A stretch of DNA of 64,000 nt from the NCBI GenBank assembly GCA_951406725.2, contig OX597814.1, forward strand, positions 45,198,001 to 45,262,000, read 5' to 3'. Below are positions 12,637 to 24,323 of the stretch, in pieces; the first letter of the stretch is position 1; each line of letters starts with the position of its first letter. The position numbers and the translations under genes are program-made. Below the pieces are notes generated by a model. It was not told the origin of the DNA and ran no database searches. It was given only the letters and a program-made list of their open reading frames with translations. This DNA comes from Octopus vulgaris (lineage: Eukaryota).

Positions 12637-13612
12637 TCGACAAGCCATCGCCAATAACTTCCCCAGAAATTCCAAATATTACTCCACGGTTAACTCGCAT
12701 AAAGTTAGGATAGCTTTCTCCAACACTAAAAACCTCGCCCAGATAATCGCCTCCCATAATAATAGGCTGCTTACTAAGACCCTATCACCTTTTTCCGGAA
12801 GCACAGCTTCTTCCGCTCCCGGTTTAACGCTCAGTAGGAATAATAATAGTAGTAATAATGATATGAGAGCCAGTACAGTGACTCATAATCTCAGCTCCAA
12901 CCAGGGATTATATACTAGGGGTATAGTTATAAATAAGGGTGATGTAATTGACGGTAACAATGTCAGTAGTGAGGTGAGCGCAGCTCGGCTCGTTGGGGTA
13001 GAGAGTCCCAATAGCAACTCCAGCATCGTTTCCGGCAATAGCAGCACCACGGGCACTAGCAATGACAGCACTCTGAGTGATAGTATAGAATCAGGGGTTA
13101 TTCCGTTAGTTAATAGTGACGTAGTGGAAAATAAAGTAGTAAGCGGCTGCAGTTCTCGCAACATATATAGTAACAGTAACGCAGTTCTAATTTCAGAAAC
13201 TAATCCTAATAGAATAAGGTTCACGTCGGTGAACTCCAAGATCAGAAACGCCGTCTACCAATGCAAGGTTTACACGGACTCAGATGTCTACTCTTATGTC
13301 GGGGCCTCATCGTCAAGATTGGCCTTACGAATCTCCAACCATTACGCAACTTTTCGAGACGTGAATAAATGCCAGACCACGGGACTTAGCAAGCTAATAT
13401 GGCGATTGAAGAATACGAACTCAAGCTACAGGCTGGAATGGTCAATTTTGTCGGTGGCCCTCCCATTTGACAGGGGCAGAAGGAAGTGCAACCTTTGTGT
13501 CTCCGAACTCTTCCATATATTGTTCGCCAGAGACCGGATGGTAAACGGGCTTTTACAGTCGGCTTTTCGATGCCCCCATTGGCGGCGTTATACTTATCTT
13601 GCTTATAAATAA
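12632..13612 (+). CDS. C-terminal part of a Naiad-type PLE protein (RT linker + GIY-YIG endonuclease), 5'-truncated
   Basis: FP..KVRIAFS..NLAQIIASHN; AVYQ..YVG..R..NH; TGLSKLIWRLK; LEWSIL; KCNLC..E; terminal CPH. The ATG is formed at the microsatellite junction, so translation is not implied. Confidence 0.7.
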
Positions 13613-13804
13613 CGCTTATAAATAATACCTGCACCCGGTTACACTACTTACATGAAAATAGCCCTTGAAATAAATTCTGAAATAACTTTTAAGAGAAATA
13701 TGATTAACCATTGCAAGGGGAATTACTCCTGGGAGACGAATGGTGTTTTGTTTTGACGACGGGGGTTTCTTTGACAAGGCATGATTAGACGAACACACGC
13801 ACAC

Positions 13805-13985
13805 ATAAAATATTTTTCTGCCGCCCGACGGATTTTACAGCAGTGACCATTGTGTAGGGCTGTTTACCAACTGACGGCCGCGCGATCAAACGCACATACG
13901 AACATATAAAATATTTTCTACCCCATGACGGATTTCTCAGCAGTGACCAGAGTGTAGCGCTTCTTACCAACTTGCGGCCGCGCAT
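13805..13985. repeat. Two ~100-bp tandem units in the PLE 3' region
   Basis: ATAAAATATTTT..GACGGATTT..CAGCAGTGACCA..GTGTAG..TTACCAACT..CGGCCGCGC occurs at 13805 and 13905. Confidence 0.8.
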
Positions 13986-14288
13986 ATATAGAACAGTACA
14001 CACACACACACATGATTCTAAGTAGATTTTGACTCGCCCCATATAATACACCTAATATTCTTTAAATAGTCAGAACTTTAGTCTCGGTCACAAAGAACTT
14101 CTAAGCACCCCGTGCCCTCACCCACCGGAATGACCGCTGCCTGACCCGTTAAAATCTTCAACGCACCCACCGCCCGTTTTCAACATACATTGATAAACAG
14201 TTTGGCCATGGGCTCTTAGGAGCCTCGTTCGATTTGTTTTGCTCCGCCTCTGTTCTGTTTTTATTTTTTCCAACGGATTTCCTATTTC

Positions 14289-14368
14289 TTCCTGAAGAGA
14301 AAGACACAATATGGTCTCCTTATTCAATCGGAATTTGGTAAATTGTGCCTTTCGAAACACGTGTAGAA
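14289..14368 (+). ncRNA. Type I hammerhead ribozyme (PLE minimal helix-III type)
   Basis: Helix I TTC/GAA; CTGAAGA at 14292-14298; helix II GAAAGACACAAT/ATTGTGCCTTTC (11 of 12 pair); GAAA at 14354-14357; C-ACGT-G palindromic helix III; GUA cleavage triplet. Confidence 0.8.
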
Positions 14369-14578
14369 TGCAATAAAACGATTTCTGTTCAATCTTCGTT
14401 CAACTCCATTTCTTCAATTCACTAATAATATTAAAATTCAATTATCCGCACCAACGCACGGTTGCAACACCATATGGTTGTACCTCCAACCGTGCTGTCT
14501 TCTGCTGTGATTTTTGCTACCAAGGTATCGGTTAAACTTTTGATTAATCTGCAACAAGATTATTCATCTTTCTATTTC

Positions 14579-14615
<37 letters not shown>

Positions 14616-15986
14616 GCAAAGCTAGAACATCCCAGTGCTACACATATATATACCGGAACATTTGTAGAGATGTGCTATGTTTGGAATAAAAAATGCAAAT
14701 TCTTCGCTTTACCTTCAAACATTCAATGTGTGTGTTTGGGAACATGTCCGTGTTTGTACTATGTAACTTCGATGATTTGCATTGAAAAACAAAATCATGC
14801 TTCTTTCAATATCATATTTTTGCATTAGAGAACATTAATATAACACCATCTAGAAAAACACGCAAAGCTCAGAACACCTCAATGCCACACATATACACCT
14901 GAATATTTACAGAGATAAGTATTATGTTTCCGATATTTGAGTTATATTTAGAATACAAAATGTACTGTCTCCGCTTTTCTTTCAGGCAGTCTCTTTTGGA
15001 GAGAATGTTTTGATGAAATGTAGTTCCATTGCTTTTCGGTATTGCGGATGATCGTCCCGTACACATTTGTAAAAGAAAAAAAGTTTGAATTTTCCGTCAT
15101 GCATATTTCCAGATGCTTCTGCAATGGAATCTTGCGTAATTCCTCTTGTCGGATATGTTGATATGTTGCCTGTGGATACTTGCACGTCAGCAGAGGGAAT
15201 TATTTGTTTCGCCAATGTAATTTTCTTTGTAGTTTGGGCAGGTAACGCAGTATATGAGGTTTTGCGTTTTGCAGTTCATATCTGCATTTATTTTGAAAAG
15301 GGATCCGCTATTGAATTTTATGTGGGAACCACTTTCTAAGTATTTGAAGTTGTTGTTGTTATTGTAGTTGCATGCTCCACATCTATCTCCATATTCTTTT
15401 ACTAGTTATTCTGATTCATTCTCTGATTTGAATTCTGCCCTTGTGAGGTATTTTTAAAGATTTTTTTGTTGGCGTCTACTATTCTGTAAGGTGTTTTTTT
15501 AAAATCATATTTTTCATTTTGAAGCTTTGTAGGAGTATAGATAAGTTCGACTTTATGTCGTGAAAGATGTTGGTTATTCTAGGACTGTGTGTGTTAACGA
15601 ACGGAATCGTGTTTTTATTAACTTTTTCCTTAGGTGTCCGTAGTTGGGTGATGTTCAGTTTCATCGCCCTTTTAATTCCTTCATTAATTAATTCTACAGG
15701 GTATTTCTGTATTGTGAGGAAGCCTTTGAGTTCGTTGAGTCGGATTTGACGTATTTTGGGGTCAGTCACTATAGGACATACGCGTCTTGCCATACTGTAT
15801 GGGATGTTTCTCTTGATGTGTGATGGATGGCAAGAGTAGAAATTTAAATATTGGTGTGTGCCAGTTTTTTGTAAAATATATTTGTTGTGACTGTGGAGTT
15901 CTGTATTTTTAATGTGGATATCCTGGAATGGTAATTCATTACAACTGGATTCTTTCGTGAATTTGATGGATGGGTGAAGTGTATTC

Positions 15987-17251
15987 TTTCGGAGCAAGAA
16001 TGAATGAATGAATGAATGAATGAATGAATGAATGAAATGCTCCGAAAGAACCAAAATGGATTCAGACATGGACGCTCAACGCTGAGCCAGATACTATGCC
16101 TACGCAGACTTATTGAAGAATCAAAAGCATTTAATCGCGATCTTGCAATGTTATTTGTAGACTTTTCTAAAGCGTTCGATTCTGTAGATAGGTACAAGAT
16201 GTTTGAAATCCTTAGGCTCTATGGGATACCAGACAAAATCATCTCTGCCATCAAGGTCCTCTACACAGATACGTCTTCAACCATCTTAACCCCTGACGGA
16301 GAAACATCATCTTTCTCAATCAAAGCCGGAATACTGCAGGGAGACACACTCGCCCCATTTCTTTTCATCATTGTCGTTGACTATGTGCTACGTATGTCAG
16401 TTGATACCATCTCTGTCAAGGGCTTTGAAATAAAACCAAGAAGAAGTTCCAGACACCCAGCTGAATACTTGACAGACACTGACTTTGCTAACGACATCGC
16501 TCCTATCAGTGATTCTCTCTTCAATGCCCAGTCTCTTTTACAATCTCTCGAACAAGCCTCAAATTGTGTAGGTCTTTACCTCAATGAGGCCAAGACTGAA
16601 TATATAAACAAGTGCCTGTCCAACAGTGATTGCATCATCCATACTCTCAACAATGCGCCCTTAAATACGGTTTCTGATTACAAATATCTTGGGTCATACA
16701 TATCATCATCTGGAAAAGATTTTCTAACTAGAAAGGGTATGGCCTGGTCAGCCTGTAATGACATGCATAAGATCTGGTCATCAAATCTAAGTAGAGACTT
16801 CAAACTTGAAATCTTCAAAGCCACAGTCGAACCAATTCTACTATATGGCTCAGAAACCTGGACGTTATCAAAGAAGCTTGAGAGGCGGTTGGATGGAACC
16901 TACACTCGCCTCCTTATGAGAGCTCAAAATCTCTCGTGGAAGCGCCATCCAACCAAAATGCAAATATATGGGAAACTACCACCTGTGTCATCTCTTGTGA
17001 AAGATAGGAGAGTCCAGTTTGCTGGACATTGTTGTAGAGCTGAAAAAGAGGTAATTTCTACTCTTCTCCTCTGGAAGCCATCTACTCGCAATACCAGAGG
17101 GCGCACACTCTCCTACCCTGATGTAATCTCCAGAGATACAGGCATCCAGCAACAGGGCCTCGTAGTGCCATGATGGACCGTGAAGTCTGGCGTAGCATGG
17201 TAAATTCCATTGTCTCGACCACGGTCGAACAATGATGATGATGATGATGAT
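15987..17251 (+). mobile_element. 5'-truncated RTE-like LINE with 10-bp TSD and (ATG)n tail
   Basis: TSD AAGTGTATTC at 15977-15986 and 17252-17261; 3' (ATG)n tail; RT ORF inside. Confidence 0.92.
16028..17173 (+). pseudogene. RTE-like reverse transcriptase (partial; catalytic FADD changed to FAND)
   Basis: QNGFR, FVDFSKAFDSV, GILQGDTLAPFLF, DFAND, YKYLGS, LLYGSETW, FAGH. Confidence 0.9.
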
Positions 17252-19279
17252 AAGTGTATTCAGTATATTGTTAAATATATTTAGATCTTCATTCGATCTG
17301 TCCCAAAAGAAGAAGCAATCCTCAAGGAAGCGTTTCCACTTTTTAATTATATATTTCTTGTACTCCTTATCAAAAGTTTTTTTATACTTCCTCGTAAAGT
17401 TTTTCTTCTAAGTATGCCATAACTAAGTCTGCATATGAGGGCGCAAACTGCTTACCCATAGCCGTGTCCTTTATCTGTTGATATGCTTTATTGTCGAATC
17501 TAAAGGTATTTTTTTTTAGTACTAGGCGTGTGGCCTCTATGATGAAGTCAGTCTTGAAGCGTTCATTAATCCATTCTCTATGTTTCTCTAGCCAGTGTTT
17601 GGTTGCTTCTAGGCCTAAAGTGTCAGGTATATTAGTATAGAGATTGGTGACTCAAAACTTGTAAGTATAGTACCTTCTGCAACAGTGGGAGGGATTTGTT
17701 AGATGAAATCTATGCCATCCCGTAAATAACTGGGTATTAAAGGCCACAAAAGTTTTAGGATTATATCTAAAAAAAATGACTTGGTTGTTGTGTTGGTGCT
17801 TGAGGTCCAGCAACTATTTTGAGGTCAGCAGGCCTTAGTATTTTTATGTACTGATTCTTCTGCTCATTTATGGCACTTTGTATTTCAGAGCTTTTGTGGA
17901 TTTTGGGTAATCCGTAGAAATTGCTATCTCTGATTACAGAGTTACTTATATAATCTTTCTCCTTGACTGTGACGGAATCTTAGAATTCATTGATTAGTCT
18001 TCTGATTTTATCCATTATTGTTTTGTTTTTTTTTTCTGAGTGTCTTGGTTCTTCCTTGTAGTAGGTTTGGTTTGTTAATATTTCCAGAATGTTATCTTTA
18101 TAACAGTCCTTGTCCATGATTACTGTCGCCCCTCCCTTATCGGCTTCTTTTAGGATGATTGAGTTGTCAATCTTCTGTGTTTGTAAGGCTTCCTTTTCTT
18201 CTTCACAAAAGTTTTGCTTGCATCTGTGGGTATTTAGGGGAAATTTTGAAATCATGTCTATATACGTGTCTAAATATTTGTCCTTTCTCTTGTAGGGGGT
18301 AAAGTGGGATTTATTTCTGACTATTGATTCATCATTTAAATCCTTACTGCTGAAGAATTCTATGAGTTGGAGGTGGCGGTTGAAGTGTTCAATATCAGAT
18401 TTCAGTTCAATGAGATTAGGGGTAGGTGTTGGGGTAAACTTGAAACCTTTTAATAGAAGGTTCATCTCATTCTTTCTGAGGTTTTTATCTGACAAATTTA
18501 TGATCTTCGGGTCTATATGTTCTGTGTGTTCATTTTAATTTTTGTGTTTTATCGGGTCCGATGCGTGATTTAGGTATTTTCTCCCTAAAAAAGGGATTGT
18601 GTTACCGTGTCTTCATTTTCTGATTTCGGCATTCTGGTTCCCATGTAGACGGGAGGATGGTGCATATCTTTTATACGAATTCTGTTGGTTATAAGTTTTG
18701 TTTTCTTCCCATCTTTCTTGCTTTTTTCACCATTCAGGATATATGGTATTTTTGGTCGTAAATCGCGGGCTGCTTGAGTTATCATGATGATTATTATTCA
18801 TATTATAGTACCTGTGCTGTCCGTATTTTATTTGTCTTTCTTCCCATGTATTCATCCATCTTGGGTACATGTCATTACGTGTTGGTGGTTATCTGTATGT
18901 TATCTGTCTTCCTTTGTATTTGTCTTCCTTTGTATTTATTCATCTATGGTGTTTGAAATTACGGGTTGACGGTTGTCTTCTAGATTTCATGTGTTGGCTA
19001 TTTGCAGTGTTATGTATTGTAGGATATGTGTTTCTAGTCTGTACTTGGGGTGAGATGGAGGTTATTTCCGCGTGTGCTCTTGGGTAATTAAAAGTTCAAT
19101 GCTTTAGTCAGGTTCCTCTGGGGTTGGTGTCTATGTTTGTTTTCGATTTCCTCGTATTTTTTGTAGTTGTGGTTACGTTTTCTTAATAGATTTGTCTCCA
19201 TAAATTTTTTCATAGATAGTGAACGATTCTTGGTATATTTATTTTATTTATTTTTTCTTTAATTTGTAAATATTATACT

Positions 19280-19870
19280 AATGTTTTTTTTTGTTTTTGT
19301 TTTGTTCTTTTTTCTTCATGCAGAACTACATTTCGTCAAAACATTATCTTCAGAATTGAATGTTTCAAAGAAAAGAGGAGACAGTACATTTTGTATTCTA
19401 AATATAACTCAGAGAAAAGAAAAAGAAAGGGGAAAAAGAAAGAAAGAGGAGAGAAAAGAGGAGAAAAAGAGGGGAAAAGAGAAACAAAGCAAAAATACTT
19501 TTTTGAAGAGGTCACCATCTTTAAACCCATTCCAATACAATGTTAAATGACTAAATAAATAAATGAGTGGTGAATAGGAAGAGGGAACCCCCTTCTCTCT
19601 CTCCCTCTCTCTACCTATCTACCTGTCAGACTATCAATCAATCTATTTATCTATCTATCAGCCTATCTACCTACCTATATTTCTATCTATCTCCATTGTC
19701 ATGGAACCTCACCCAAAAAAAACAAAAACAATGTTCTCTTCTAAACAAAAACCCTGTTTGTACATTCACAAAATTTGATTTCATAATTTCTAGAAACGAA
19801 CAAAAGCGCTAATAATAATGAAGAATTAAAAAGATTTTTTCCAAAATTTTGACGACTCTTTTCTCAATAT
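19280..19870 (+). repeat. Penelope pLTR-like unit, inverted copy at the 5' end of the Neptune element
   Basis: Contains AELHFVKT-like homology to the ORF end (MELHFIKT) and is a reverse-complement copy of 11702-12400. Confidence 0.75.
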
Positions 19871-19971
19871 TCAACTTCTGTACGCAACATTGTATACGCG
19901 CGTGTTTGTGTGTGTGTGTGTGTGTGTGCGTGCATATATGGGTACAAGATATCACCAACAGTAAACAACTT

Positions 19972-20756
19972 GAAATACGAAAACGAATGAATTCAAATTG
20001 CAAACAACAAGAGAAACAAATGAAAAGAGGTCAAGTAACATAAATAACAGCCCTTCATCGGTTGTCAGCTATCTATCTACTCCTCTTTTCGAGCATTGAA
20101 CGACAATATGAGTTTTCGAAGACAGTTGCTCCCATAAGTACTAAAATAACATAAGCAACGAGAGAGAATAAGTTTATCTTAAACCTTTTGATGCGGCTCT
20201 ACTCTATACTGTTTTCTCCCCCCTATCGTTTTCTCTCGCATCCTTTCTCTAATTCCATTTTTCTCCCCTTCACCGTTTTCGATCTGTCTCTCTCCCCTCT
20301 ATCTCCTTTACTTTCTCTCTCGTTGCCCGTACGTGATCATCGTCCATCTTTCTTTTCCTCGGGTAATCATATTTCTTTTCTTTCAAGACTGTCCTAAAGA
20401 CTGGACATATCCTATCTCTCTTTTCTATCTTTTCCCTTTTTAAGAATATATTGCTCCAGCGTTTGCTTTTTCACCCTCGTTCTGGTCAACGACCCTCCAT
20501 GTTTGTTTTTGTTCGATTTCTTTGTATATCTCCACTGACCTGTTTTTGTTCCAAACTTTAACCCTCCATAAATCCCAAATTTTATTTTCGCACTTATAGG
20601 AGCAACTGTCTTCGAAGACTCATAATGTCGTTCAATGTTCGAAATGAGGAGTAGATAGGCAGCCGACAACAGATGAAGGGTCCTTCTTTATATTACTTGT
20701 CCTGTTTTCCATTTGTTTCTCTCATTGCGTATTGAACTTCTTTGTTTTCGTATTTT
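19972..20756. repeat. Element with ~177-bp inverted arms (19972-20148 / 20580-20756)
   Basis: The arms share CCCTTCATC.GTTGTC.GCT, CTACTCCTC, CATTGAACGACA and TTCGAAGACAGTTGCTCC.ATAAG in reverse complement. Confidence 0.85.
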
Positions 20757-20766
20757 TATATATATA

Positions 20767-20872
<106 letters not shown>

Positions 20873-20961
20873 CATATATATATATATTATTTATATTATT
20901 TGATTGAACGCCACGCATCCATTTCCAAGTAAGTTTATCTTATATATATAATATATATTAT

Positions 20962-21188
20962 TACAGTCGTGAGGTTGTGAGTTCGATTCCTGAACCGAGC
21001 TGTGTGTATTTTTGTATTGCGTTCATTTCATTATTTCACATCGCTCCGGTTGACTCAGCTGTAGAAATGAGTTGCGATGTCACTAGTGTCAAGTTGTATT
21101 AGCCATTGCCTTTCCCTTGGACAACATCAACATCGTTGCGTGGCTCAATCTTATGGTCATTCGTGACCAAAGGGAGTCTTTATCCTTT
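20962..21188 (+). mobile_element. Decayed tRNA-SINE
   Basis: B-box GAGTTCGATTCC followed by the CTCAGCTGTAGAAATGAGT central motif. Confidence 0.55.
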
Positions 21189-21475
21189 ATGTGTGTGAGC
21201 ATGTGTGTGTGTGTGCGTGTGCGTATGTGTGTGTGTGTGTGTGTGTACGTATCTATGTGATATTTCGTCTTAGTCACACGTGAGTTGCCCTTTCCTTTAC
21301 CACCTTTCATCCATTTGAATAGTTAACGTTTCTACTTCTTGGTGGTTAACAAAAGAGTAATTATTGTGAAATGTATATCATGTGGTAACTCTTTGAATCT
21401 ACATGAATCTGTACGTGAATGACTTTGCATAAAAATGCATTCGTGTTAGTGTACATATGTGTGTGTTTGTGTGTG

Positions 21476-21635
<160 letters not shown>

Positions 21636-21647
21636 CCAGTTTCGCAC

Positions 21648-21882
21648 TAATATATTTTTTTACTACCCACAAGGGGCTAAACATAGAGGGGACAAACAAG
21701 GACAGACAAAGGGATTAAGTCGATTACATCGACCCCAGTGCGAAACTGGTACTTTATTTATCGACCTCGAAAGGATGAAAGGCAAAGTCAACCTCGGCGG
21801 AATTTGGGTTAATGGTGGTAATACTGTATATTTGGAACCTGCTAGTCGAGCCTACAATTGGAACAAGACACACACATGCGGT
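21648..21882. repeat. 235-bp duplicate of 24164-24398 (Nin-type SINE plus unique flank) inside (GATA)n
   Basis: Near-identical to 24164-24398, including the non-SINE flank; (GATA)n on both sides. Confidence 0.92.
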
Positions 21883-21988
<106 letters not shown>

Positions 21989-23576
21989 TGTTTATTTTTA
22001 TGTTCAGTTGTAATAAAAAGAATTTTACTTTAATCTAATGGGTAACTCTATTCCTTTGTAGAGTAAAATTTTCTTACTTTATACAAGAATGTTGTTGACA
22101 GTGACTTCGAAACTTCGGCCATCTAAACCATCGTCGGACTGCGATACATTAGAGTTAGCCTTTATATAGATACTGTAGAATTAACATCATTTTGGGGTTG
22201 TGTTGGTTTGAGTGGGGTGATAATTAGGTTTTTGTAGTCAGTTGTTATGGAAAGTAGCTTTTTGGAAAAAATTTTATTGATTAAATTTGGGGTCATGCTA
22301 TTGTTTAAAATTTTTTGATGCATGTAGTTCTTTGTAAACAAGCCTATGGGTGTTTCTCTTTTTTTAGGTAAGCGCAAGGGGTGACAGTGTTTTTGTTTTT
22401 GTTATTATAGGATTTATTTCTTCTACTTTGACAATATCTAGGTTAAAGGTACAAAGTCCAGTATTTAACCCCTTAGTAATTGGGTGTGTCAACTTTTGTT
22501 TACAAAATAATGTACATAGGTAGTATGTTTAGGCTGGTCCTATCTTTACTTTTTGTTTGTTCTTTAGAATATTTCCTGTTTTCATTTGTAAGGTTGGGGG
22601 TTACCAGTCAGGCATGTCATGGCTTTTTTAGCATAGAAAATTGTTTTGCTTTGATGTTCACAAAAGTATTTTATTAAAGGTTGTATGCTTATATGTTTCG
22701 CTCTAGGAGTTTATTGTACTATAAGCAATTTGATTAGTATATAGGGATTTTAAACTCCCTGTTTCATGGATGTAGAGTGTTTGCGGAGTTTGTTTATAAA
22801 ATTTCCTCAGATTCTGTTCTAGATACATACTAAAGGGTAACTCATATTGAACATATATATTCATGTATAAAGATGGAAGCAAAAATATAACATAATTGAA
22901 GTCGAGTTACGGATACAATTTATCCGATAAAATATACGGTTTCCACCTGTCTAGTTATAGTATAAGTCACTTTCCCACCCCAAGATGCAACGCTGTTGTG
23001 GTTGTAAATCAAGTGTCTTAACCATTCAGCTCTCTCTCTCTCTCTCCCCTCTTTCTGTCTTTCTTTTCTCTCTTGCTCTTCTTTCCTTTCTCCCTTTCTT
23101 TTACTCGATATATGCATGTATGTGTATGCGTATATATATATATATGCACATAAATACATAGATGGAGAGTAAAGAAATGGCTGGAAACAATTTTATTTAT
23201 TCATGACTGCTTGGAGAAAGGACTAAATAAGCTTTTAATAATTTATTGTTCGTAAATGTCCGCACACTGAAGAGTATGGCAATCTCACAGTGTGACGGAT
23301 CTACATTGCCGGTTTGATTCTTAGGAGGAGGTGATCAGTTTTAGTTAGCCTACTCTTATTATTCATATCTGCAATTTCCGGTTATAGAAAATGGCTTGTA
23401 GATCATCGCTTTGGCTTCTTGAATTATTAACTGTCAGTTTTTATGTGGGTGGAAAAATGAGACGCTATGCTGTCCGTGTTTTATTCGAAGGTATTTACAT
23501 TAAGTTGCATACTTAAAAACTCACATCTGCAATATGTAATAGTGTTGCAAAATTAGTGTCAGTTCCGCTCGCTTAA

Positions 23577-24078
23577 CCCTTTCGTTACCAAACCGCCCAA
23601 AGCCGCCCGAAAAAAATTTTGGTTAATGTGACCAAACCGCCCAAACTCGCCCGAATTTACCTATTCATGACCGATCTCTTTAGTTCGGTCAAACTTACGG
23701 TGGATTCCAGTATTTCACTTTATTCCACCTTTATGGTACACCTGTTGTGCATTAAATTCAACTGATGATATAGTGATGTGCACAATTCTTCTTTATCAAA
23801 ATTTTGTTGCATACCCATTTGAATATTAGCTGATGATTCATTTTCTATGGTGATGTTTAAACAAAATTTTAATATTTTTACCTTTTGCTCAATTTAAAAT
23901 TTTTATATTTTTACCTTTTGCTCAATTTACCTGGATTTACCTGTAATTAAAGTCACTTTGAGACAAGAAAAAAAATTTACAGTTATTTAATGAAACAAGC
24001 CTAGATTCATGATTATTTTAGAATTTAATTGAAACTCATGAGGGGTGTATTTTGGTCAGAAATATAGTAACGAAAGGG
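23577..24078. mobile_element. piggyBac-type MITE (502 bp)
   Basis: TTAA-CCCTTTCGTTAC ... GTAACGAAAGGG-TTAA: 12-bp TIRs, CCC/GGG termini, TTAA TSD, subterminal ACCAAACCGCCCAAA repeats. Confidence 0.88.
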
Positions 24079-24168
24079 TTAAGGTACCCAAATTCCTTTG
24101 TCAGTATAATTTGCAGAGAAGTTAATTTTCATAAATACACTACATAACTGGAGTTAATGGTGGTAATA

Positions 24169-24323
24169 TATTTCTTTACTACCCACAAGGGGCTAAACAT
24201 AGAGGGGACAAACAAGGACAGACAAAGGGATTAAGTCGATTACATCGACCCCAGTGCGAAACTGGTGCTTTATTTATCGACCCCGAAAGGATGAAAGGCA
24301 AAGTCAACCTCGGCGGAATTTGG
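24169..24323 (-). mobile_element. 5'-truncated Nin-domain SINE with ~16-bp TSD
   Basis: Reverse complement reads GACTTTGCCTTTCATCCTTTCGGGGTCGATAAA (Nin-like). TSD G(T/C)TAATGGTGGTAATA at 24153-24168 and 24324-24339. Confidence 0.8.

Larger units (their letters stand above)
12633..14581 (+). mobile_element. 5'-truncated Naiad-like Penelope element inserted in (TA)n
   Basis: GIY-YIG ORF, 3' region with a hammerhead, and (TA)n on both sides (~12603-12632 and ~14582-14612). Confidence 0.8.
14613..19250 (-). mobile_element. Near full-length Neptune-type Penelope-like element, decayed, interrupted by an RTE LINE
   Basis: Motifs in order on the minus strand: KGFKFTPTP, KEADKGGATV, FYGLPKIHK, SYLRD, TAMGKQFAPSYA, WKRFLED, LHPSIKFT, SCHPSHIKRNIPYS, NLIYCVTC..YIGET. 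Many frameshifts; ends approximate. Confidence 0.88.

Noticed and set aside
13805-13985. CRISPR-like repeat-spacer array
   Set aside because: Only two diverged ~100-bp tandem units in a eukaryotic retroelement UTR; no unique spacers or cas genes.
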